NCBI GenBank assembly: GCA_945859975.1
Contig: CAMAPH010000003.1
Location: 32,001-96,000 of the forward strand
DNA: 64,000 nt
DNA from: Chthonomonas calidirosea
GTDB taxonomy: Bacteria > Armatimonadota > Fimbriimonadia > Fimbriimonadales > Fimbriimonadaceae
Direction: 5' to 3'
Of this stretch, positions 57,199 through 64,000 are shown in pieces. Position 1 is the stretch's first letter, and each line of letters opens with the position of its first letter. The notes below the pieces were generated by a model that had not been told where the DNA came from, did not search any database, and saw nothing but the letters and a program-made list of their open reading frames with translations. The position numbers and the translations under genes were made by a program.

Positions 57199-59592
57199 AT
57201 GTTCCTGCTCGCTGCCGTCTCCGCGATGCAAACGGGTTTCCCAACCCAGATCGATTTGAAAACGAAGATTCCGCGTGGTGAGTTCATCGTTCCGAGTTCC
57301 GCCGACGCACGCGGAACCTCTGCGGCCGTCGTGATTTCCGGGGACAACATGACGGTTGACCTGAAGGGAGTCGTGCTTCGCGGAGGGCTATCGACCACCG
57401 AGCCAGACGAGCGCACCGGCATCGGAATCGAAATCCGCGGCAAAAACATCACGCTCAAGAACGCTCGAGTTCACGGCTACAAGGTAGCCGTCTTTGCCCG
57501 AAATGCTCCAGGGCTGAAAATCCTAGACTCCGACTTCTCATACAATTGGAAGCAACGCCTGAAATCCACGCCCGAGAAGGAGGACCTAAGCGATTGGCTG
57601 AGCTATCACAACAACGAAGCGGGCGAATGGCTGCGGTACGGCGGCGCGATCTACCTTGAGAACTGCGACAAATTCGAAGTGCGCGGCAACCGCGCGGTCG
57701 GCGGTCAAAACGGACTCATGCTTACCGGCTGCGACGACGGCCTCGTTTGGAACAACAACTTTTCGTATCTGAGCTCGCTTGGCATCGGCATGTATCGCTC
57801 CAGCGACAACCGGATCATGCACAACCGACTGGACTACTGTCTCCGAGGTTTCAGCTACGGCGTCTACAACCGAGGCCAAGACAGCGCCGGCATCCTCATC
57901 TATGAACAGTCGAACGACAACGTTTTTGCGTACAACTCGGTGACCCACGGAGGCGATGGGTTCTTCCTTTGGGCCGGGCAGGAGACGATGGACTCTGGAA
58001 AGGGCGGTTGCAACAACAACCTCCTTTACGGCAACGACTTCAGCCATGCCCCGACAAACGGCATCGAAGCCACGTTCAGTAAGAACACCTTCGCCAACAA
58101 CTTAATCTTGGAGTGTTGGCACGGCCTTTGGGGTGGATACAGTTACAGCTCATCGGTCATTGGCAACCTCTTTGGCTACAACGCCGAAGGCATATCCATC
58201 GAACACGGTCAGCAAAACGTGATCCAGGACAACGCATTCTTCCGCGACGGCACGGCGATCCGGCTTTGGATGAACGAAAAGCAAGACCCAACCTGGGGCT
58301 ACGCGAAGGTCCGCGATACCGTGAGCAAGGGCTATCGCATCCTTGACAACACGTTTTCGCAAGTGACTCAGGGCATCACGAACTCACCCGATGGGCTGGT
58401 GGATTACGGCGCCGTCTTACAACTCACCGCAACCTCGGACGTGGAAGTTGGTAAGAACCGCTTCGAACCCAGCGGAACCTTGCTCGACCTGCGCGGCCCA
58501 TTTAAGAACTTCACCTTTGCCGGAACTGGACCGGTCCAGGCAGTCAATCTTCCCGCTTTCGGCACTGGCTTCGCAAAGGAGTACCAGGGGCACTACTTCG
58601 TCGCCGGAAACCATGAAGGGCTACTCGCACCGGCGTCCCCACTCTTGGCCGCGAAGCTCCCCGATGACCCAGCAGACCCTTACGCCGACCGGTTCCTGAC
58701 CAACTGGCACCCCCTCAAGAACAAGGTCGGCGACTACCTGAGCCTCGGCAAGCGACTAGAAGGGATGAACCTCCTTCAGGTGCAGGCCGAAACGCTAAAC
58801 CTTGCCCCTCGCCCGCTCCCGAACGGAATCGATCCGTTCTTGAAGCCCGGCACCCCGCGTGGCTGGCGAACGATGATCGTGGACGAATGGGGTCCGTACG
58901 ATTTTAAGCGCCCCATTCTTCGTGTCAAGCCGATGTCCGACACCTCGACCGGCCTCGTGCTGCAGTTGCTCGGTCCAAAAGGGACTTGGAAGATCAAGAG
59001 CAGCAAAGGCGTAACCGCCGTGCTCAACTCCAAGGTCAGCCCCGCCGAGATCACGTTGCAGCGCGATACAAAGGTGCCAGACCGGAATCTCACCGTCACG
59101 TACAACGGCGCGGAAACCGTGGACTATCGTGGAGTTCAGACGCCAAAGAACACCGACGTCGACGTGACGTGGCGCGAGTTTCGTGCCGAAGCCGAGTGGG
59201 ACGTGAACTTTTACCTCTGGGATCCGGCCACCCAAGATCCGCGCAAGGACGACCAGGCCTTCCGCCGCAACCCCGTATTGACCAGCGAGAAGGTCAAAGA
59301 ACTCGACTTCGCGGGCTACGGCAGGTTTGCGAAGGGTGTTCCGGCAACGCACTTTGCCACCACCGCCGAGACGGAGATCGAACTTCCATCTGGCCGCTAC
59401 GAGTTCTCCGTCGTCGCCGATGACGGCATTCGCTTGTATGTTGATGGCGAACTGGTCATCAAGGACGGTTGGAAGTACCAGGGACCGACCGAATACAAAA
59501 CGGTGTTCTCGGGCGGGAAGCGAAAACTCAGGATCGAACACTTTCAGATCGACGGATATGCGTCGCTGAAGACAAAAATTCGACGACTGTGA
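57199..59592 (+). CDS. Right-handed beta-helix (NosD-like) protein with a C-terminal PA14-like domain
   Basis: Asn-rich parallel beta-helix repeats; ADDGIRLYVDGELVI...IEHFQ PA14 signature. Confidence 0.8.
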   Translation: MFLLAAVSAMQTGFPTQIDLKTKIPRGEFIVPSSADARGTSAAVVISGDNMTVDLKGVVLRGGLSTTEPDERTGIGIEIRGKNITLKNARVHGYKVAVFARNAPGLKILDSDFSYNWKQRLKSTPEKEDLSDWLSYHNNEAGEWLRYGGAIYLENCDKFEVRGNRAVGGQNGLMLTGCDDGLVWNNNFSYLSSLGIGMYRSSDNRIMHNRLDYCLRGFSYGVYNRGQDSAGILIYEQSNDNVFAYNSVTHGGDGFFLWAGQETMDSGKGGCNNNLLYGNDFSHAPTNGIEATFSKNTFANNLILECWHGLWGGYSYSSSVIGNLFGYNAEGISIEHGQQNVIQDNAFFRDGTAIRLWMNEKQDPTWGYAKVRDTVSKGYRILDNTFSQVTQGITNSPDGLVDYGAVLQLTATSDVEVGKNRFEPSGTLLDLRGPFKNFTFAGTGPVQAVNLPAFGTGFAKEYQGHYFVAGNHEGLLAPASPLLAAKLPDDPADPYADRFLTNWHPLKNKVGDYLSLGKRLEGMNLLQVQAETLNLAPRPLPNGIDPFLKPGTPRGWRTMIVDEWGPYDFKRPILRVKPMSDTSTGLVLQLLGPKGTWKIKSSKGVTAVLNSKVSPAEITLQRDTKVPDRNLTVTYNGAETVDYRGVQTPKNTDVDVTWREFRAEAEWDVNFYLWDPATQDPRKDDQAFRRNPVLTSEKVKELDFAGYGRFAKGVPATHFATTAETEIELPSGRYEFSVVADDGIRLYVDGELVIKDGWKYQGPTEYKTVFSGGKRKLRIEHFQIDGYASLKTKIRRL

Positions 59593-59687
59593 GCCGGAAA
59601 GACAAAACTGTGCGGGGAATTGTCAACTCCTTTGTATAATGCGGCATCTCCAAGGCGCGCAACGAGGCTCGCCCGCGATTCTTCCTA

Positions 59688-61199
59688 ATGCAAAACGAGT
59701 CTCCTTCGCTGTTTGACGCCTACGATCGAGGCGGGTTTTACGATGAGATGCTGACCGAAAATGGTCCGCGGGCTCATTACCAAAAGCTGTTTCAGAACCT
59801 TTCGGCGATGTCCCCGCACGACTTCCGAGCGCGGACCGAGTTGGCGGATTTGACCTTGATGAATCAAGGAATTACCTTCACGGTGTACGGAGACGAGGAA
59901 GGAACGGAGAAACCCTTCCCGGTTGACTTGGTGCCCCGCATTATCCCGGCAAACGAATGGGCACACCTCGAGCGAGGTCTCGGCCAGCGCGTTCGCGCGT
60001 TGAACCTGTTTCTCCACGACGTTTATCACGAGGCCAAAATCCTTTCCGACGGCCCGATCCCGCGTGATCTCGTGGTCAACGCTCCGAACTTCCGGAGAAA
60101 CTTCATTGGCGCAAACGTCCCGGGCGATATCTACATCCACATTTGCGGCTCGGACTTGATCCGTGATGGGGATGGAACCTACCGCGTCCTGGAAGACAAC
60201 TGCCGAACCCCGAGTGGTGTGAGCTACATGCTGGAAAACCGGCTGATCCTCACCCGAGTTTTTCCGGGGCTGTTCCGCGAAAACAGCGTTCGCCCGATCG
60301 ATGACTACCCGAGCGTGCTGCTCAACAACCTCCGATCGTTTGCCCCTCCAGGGCGAGAAGAACCCAACGTGGTCCTGCTAACACCGGGCGTCTATAACTC
60401 GGCTTACTTCGAGCACGCTTTCCTTGCCCAACAAATGGGCATCGAATTGGTCGAAGGGCGCGACCTGTTTGTAGACGACAACATGGTCTTCGTCAAGACC
60501 ACCCGAGGTCCGCAGCGGGTCGATGTCATTTACCGCCGCATCGACGACGATTTCTTGGATCCGCTTGTCTTCCGCCCCGAGAGCGCGCTCGGCGTTCCAG
60601 GCATCGTAAATGCCTACCGAAGCGGCAACGTCGTTCTGGCCAACGGAATCGGAACCGGCGTTGCCGATGACAAGGCGATCTACCCGTTCGTGCCCGACAT
60701 GATTCGCTACTACCTTGGTGAAGAGCCGATCTTGGAGCAAGTTCCAACCTATCTCGGCTGGCGAGAGAGTGACCTTCAGTACATGAAAGACCACGCAAAG
60801 GACCTGGTTTTCAAGGCCACCAACGAAAGCGGCGGCTACGGAATGCTCATTGGTCCCCAAGCCAGCCCAACCGAAATTTCCGACTACCTGAATCAAGTCA
60901 TGGCTGACCCGCGCAACTACATCGCCCAACCACTGATTGCCCTTTCCCGAAGCCCGTGCTTTGTGGAGGATAAGTTTGAAGGGAGGCACGTTGACCTTCG
61001 GCCATTCATTCTCTGCGGAAAAGATTCCGTCACGATCATGCCCGGAGGCCTGACGCGGGTGGCGCTTCGAAAAGGATCGTATGTCGTCAACTCAAGCCAG
61101 GGCGGCGGCAGCAAAGACACTTGGGTCCTGGGAGAATCGCGAAACGTGATGCAGCAAAGCATGGGCTCAATGGTCCAGCGCATGGAGGGAGGATGCTAA
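59688..61199 (+). CDS. Circularly permuted type 2 ATP-grasp protein
   Basis: GITFTVY, DLVPRII, EDNCRTPSGVSY, NSAYFEH, YRRIDD and VNSSQGGGSKDTW motifs; TATAAT at 59635. Confidence 0.93.
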   Translation: MQNESPSLFDAYDRGGFYDEMLTENGPRAHYQKLFQNLSAMSPHDFRARTELADLTLMNQGITFTVYGDEEGTEKPFPVDLVPRIIPANEWAHLERGLGQRVRALNLFLHDVYHEAKILSDGPIPRDLVVNAPNFRRNFIGANVPGDIYIHICGSDLIRDGDGTYRVLEDNCRTPSGVSYMLENRLILTRVFPGLFRENSVRPIDDYPSVLLNNLRSFAPPGREEPNVVLLTPGVYNSAYFEHAFLAQQMGIELVEGRDLFVDDNMVFVKTTRGPQRVDVIYRRIDDDFLDPLVFRPESALGVPGIVNAYRSGNVVLANGIGTGVADDKAIYPFVPDMIRYYLGEEPILEQVPTYLGWRESDLQYMKDHAKDLVFKATNESGGYGMLIGPQASPTEISDYLNQVMADPRNYIAQPLIALSRSPCFVEDKFEGRHVDLRPFILCGKDSVTIMPGGLTRVALRKGSYVVNSSQGGGSKDTWVLGESRNVMQQSMGSMVQRMEGGC

Positions 61200-62191
61200 G
61201 CCGACACGCCGATTGCGCTTTCTGGATCGGTCGCTATATCGAGCGTGCCGAAGCTACGGCGCGCATGATCGACGTGCATTATCACTTCGGCCTAGAAAGT
61301 CCACTGGTGGGCCGAGCGCTCACGTGGGAGGCGATTCTCGCCATCTCGGGCCAGAAGAAGAAATTCAACTTGCGCTACCGAGAGATCAACGAGCGCAATA
61401 TCCTGCATTTCTTCGCGTTCGACCAAAACAATTCGAACTCGATTCTGAACTGCGTCCGTTTGGCCCGCGAGAACGGGCGAGCAATCCGCGACCAGATTTC
61501 CAGCGAAATGTGGGAGTCGCTTAATCGCTACTATCTCGACTATCGGCGTTGGAACGTGGATCGGGTCATCTCCGAGTCGCCGTTTGCGTTCTTCCAAAGC
61601 GTCAAGAACGGCTCTCACCTTTTCCAAGGCATCACCAACCGAACGCTGATGATGGGCGAGACCCGCGACTTTCACGATGCTGGGCGCTTCTTAGAGCGAG
61701 CCGACCAAACGGCCCGAATTCTGGACGTGAAGTACCACGACTTGCTTCCTCGATTTACTTCTGATGTCTCTATTCCGGCCCCCACCGATCCAGCGGTTGT
61801 CGATCCGTTCTCGGTTGGCGGCACGGTCGATACCCACGGCTGGACCGCCGTTCTGAAGTCCGTTGGCGCTTTCGAAGCCTTCCGCAAGACTTATCGGCAA
61901 GGGGTCACCCCGGCGCGGGTCGCCGAGTTTCTGATCCTCAACCCTCAATTCCCGGCCTCGGTTCGACACAGCATCGGTCGCGTCGAAGGCTGCGTTCGGC
62001 GGGTAAGTGGAAATCGCGACCTCAGCCCGAGTAACCCAGCTGAGCGTGCCGTCGGGCGCCTGTACAACGACCTCAATTATCTGCGCGCAGATGAGATCAT
62101 CGCTTCTGGACTTCACGAGTTTTTGGAAACGGTCGAGAAAAGGTGCGCAGAAATCGGCTTTGCAATCGGCGCAACCTATCTAAAATACTAG
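61193..62191 (+). CDS. Alpha-E domain protein (DUF403)
   Basis: MLSRHADCAFWIGRYIERAE, ARENGR and LERADQTARILDVKY motifs; strong SD GGAGG. Confidence 0.92.
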   Translation: MLSRHADCAFWIGRYIERAEATARMIDVHYHFGLESPLVGRALTWEAILAISGQKKKFNLRYREINERNILHFFAFDQNNSNSILNCVRLARENGRAIRDQISSEMWESLNRYYLDYRRWNVDRVISESPFAFFQSVKNGSHLFQGITNRTLMMGETRDFHDAGRFLERADQTARILDVKYHDLLPRFTSDVSIPAPTDPAVVDPFSVGGTVDTHGWTAVLKSVGAFEAFRKTYRQGVTPARVAEFLILNPQFPASVRHSIGRVEGCVRRVSGNRDLSPSNPAERAVGRLYNDLNYLRADEIIASGLHEFLETVEKRCAEIGFAIGATYLKY

Positions 62192-62231
62192 TCCTTTTGG
62201 GACCAACGCTCGTCCGTATTTCACCTTTACC

Positions 62232-63119
62232 ATGTACCTTCAAATTCGGCACCAAACGGAGTATCGCTACTCCGGAGTGTGCACCGAGAGCCATAACGAA
62301 ATTCGAGTGCAACCGTTCGATAATGAGTTTCAACGGCTTCTTGAGTTTAAACTCCAAACCTCGCCGGCCGTACGCATCTATCATCACCAAGAAATTGGCG
62401 GCACGGTTCACCACTTCAGCATTCGGGCGTGGCACGAGCGGCTCGTGATCGAAGCCAGCGCAACCGTCGAAACCCTCGCGTTCAATCCATTCTCGCGGGT
62501 AAATCTCGTTAACCTTGATTTCGATTTCTACAAGACTGACTTCGTAAAGCAGAACTACGCAGAATTCCTGGTTCCGTCCTTATACGTTCCACACTTGCCG
62601 GAAGCGCATCAACTCGCCGTACCGTTCTTAGACCCAAGCAAGCCAGCGGCCGTTGGCCTGCTCGATCTCAATAGGCACTTCCATGAATGGCTCTCGTACG
62701 ACACGGACGCGACTCACGTCCAGTCCACCTTGCCCGAAGTGCTCCAAAAGCGGGCTGGCGTTTGCCAGGACTTTGCCCACCTTATGCTGGCCGCTTGCCG
62801 AAGTCACGGAATCCCCGCGCGCTACGTCAGCGGATACTTGTACATCGGTAAAGATTCCAGCATGCGCGGAGAGCAAGCGACTCACGCGTGGATTGAATGC
62901 CTAATGCCGGACGGAAAATGGGTTGGCTTTGACCCTACAAACAATCTGCTCGTGAACAACCAGTACGTGAAAATTCACTGGGGCCTGGACTACGGCGATG
63001 TATCACCCACGAAGGGCGTTTACATCGGTCCGAAAACCGAGAGCCTCTCAATCCACGTTGGAATCAAAGAACTCGTGCCGTCAGAAGTCTCGGTTCTAAA
63101 CTACACGCCTATCGCTTGA
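62232..63119 (+). CDS. Transglutaminase family protein
   Basis: GVCQDFAH, ARYVSGY, HAW and FDPTN motifs. Confidence 0.93.
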   Translation: MYLQIRHQTEYRYSGVCTESHNEIRVQPFDNEFQRLLEFKLQTSPAVRIYHHQEIGGTVHHFSIRAWHERLVIEASATVETLAFNPFSRVNLVNLDFDFYKTDFVKQNYAEFLVPSLYVPHLPEAHQLAVPFLDPSKPAAVGLLDLNRHFHEWLSYDTDATHVQSTLPEVLQKRAGVCQDFAHLMLAACRSHGIPARYVSGYLYIGKDSSMRGEQATHAWIECLMPDGKWVGFDPTNNLLVNNQYVKIHWGLDYGDVSPTKGVYIGPKTESLSIHVGIKELVPSEVSVLNYTPIA

Positions 63120-63669
63120 CGAGTTTCCACGCCGCAGGCAGCATGCCCCAAGCGATTACGGACTTCGCAAACGCGCCGGAAATAAAGGGCGCGACGCCAA
63201 GGTTCCACGCCTGACCGGAAGGAACAAAGAAGCTCAGCCAAGTGGCGCCTACGGCGAGAATCACGACGTTGGAAATCACCAATCCGAGGCCAAGGCCCCA
63301 TACATTCTTGGTCCAACCACGCTCGGTGGCCCAGCCAAGGAGCCAAGCTGCCATTGCGAAAGCCACGAGGTATCCACCCGTTGGCCCCATCAACTTTGCC
63401 GGTCCACCCGAGAACTCTGCAAAGATTGGTAATCCAGCCGCCCCGGCAAGCACGTAAGAAACCTGAGTCGCTGCGGCCAATCGTGCTCCGTAGGTTAGAC
63501 CGCAGACGGTAACCGCGAGCGTTTGCAGCGTAAATGGCACCGGCTGCCACGGCAACGAACATTGCGCTGCGAGTGCGGTGAACAGCACGCCAAAGATCAC
63601 TAACCCGATGTCGCGAACCAAAGTCCGGTTCGGCAGAACGTATGACACCAAGGTCGCCTCTGAGTTCAT
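63109..63669 (-). CDS. bioY: Biotin transporter BioY
   Basis: PVPFTLQT, GLPIFA and GPTGGYL motifs. Confidence 0.93.
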   Translation of the reverse strand: MNSEATLVSYVLPNRTLVRDIGLVIFGVLFTALAAQCSLPWQPVPFTLQTLAVTVCGLTYGARLAAATQVSYVLAGAAGLPIFAEFSGGPAKLMGPTGGYLVAFAMAAWLLGWATERGWTKNVWGLGLGLVISNVVILAVGATWLSFFVPSGQAWNLGVAPFISGAFAKSVIAWGMLPAAWKLVKR

Positions 63670-63714
63670 ATCAAGAGTTTGTACCCTTATGCAGGGTTGG
63701 GTAACTTCCCAGAC

Positions 63715-64000
63715 ATGCCTTCGGTTTCGTTTTCCGTGCTATCCCTGCAGAAGTTGTATCCATTGGCGATCAGCCGCGGAGTGATGACATCGTCGGACAA
63801 CCTCTTTGTCACGGTTCGAGATGGCGATCTAGAAGGCATTGGCGAACTCTCTCCCGCAACCGGATCAGCTTGGACCGCCGTGTCTGGCCAAGCCCAACTG
63901 ACGGCCTTCGTTGATCTCTGGAGTGCGGACCCAGATTTTCTTTCGCCCCACGTGACGTACCAGCGCATGTTGGAGGCAACTATCGATCCTCCGGCCATGG
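63715..64000 (+). CDS. Dipeptide epimerase (enolase superfamily), N-terminal part, truncated by the window end (not in ORF track)
   Basis: MPSVSFSVLSLQKLYPLAISRGVMTSSDNLFVTVRDGDLEGIGELSP matches the N-terminus of L-Ala-D/L-Glu epimerases. Confidence 0.75.
   Translation, partial: MPSVSFSVLSLQKLYPLAISRGVMTSSDNLFVTVRDGDLEGIGELSPATGSAWTAVSGQAQLTAFVDLWSADPDFLSPHVTYQRMLEATIDPPAM

Noticed and set aside
61180..61199. C-terminal GGC of the ATP-grasp protein as a ubiquitin-like GG motif
   Set aside because: These codons are explained by the overlapping SD (GGAGG) and ATG of the alpha-E gene.

Overview
A gene-dense bacterial chromosomal segment of about 57-60% GC (estimated by eye). The PEP-CTERM protein, FG-GAP/Ig surface protein and OPT-like transporter suggest Armatimonadota/Fimbriimonadia or a similar lineage (inference). 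The core content is tyrS with tRNA-Tyr and tRNA-Thr, tRNA-Ser, SRP RNA-dnaX-ybaB-recR, MoxR-DUF58-transglutaminase-holA, speE, bioY, glycoside hydrolases (GH1, GH44, GH65), transporters, a partner-switching module and a CP-ATP-grasp/alpha-E/transglutaminase operon. The most unusual part is an accessory conflict region at about 18.3-26.9 kb. It holds a 13-repeat WD40 gene preceded by an unannotated TIR-like N-terminal stub and bracketed by a decayed copy of the 3' end of the upstream sugar isomerase gene. This is followed by a signal-peptide RHS toxin with an HNH tip, a three-domain fused putative poly-immunity protein and an LRR protein. Also notable are a BolA-like/DUF2971 cassette whose second gene appears to need an ATT start, -10 boxes 6-10 nt before many start codons (probable leaderless mRNAs), an extended SRP RNA abutting dnaX, and an orphan AbrB antitoxin. 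No CRISPR array, transposase or integrase was seen. All family calls come from motif recognition by eye, not from database searches.
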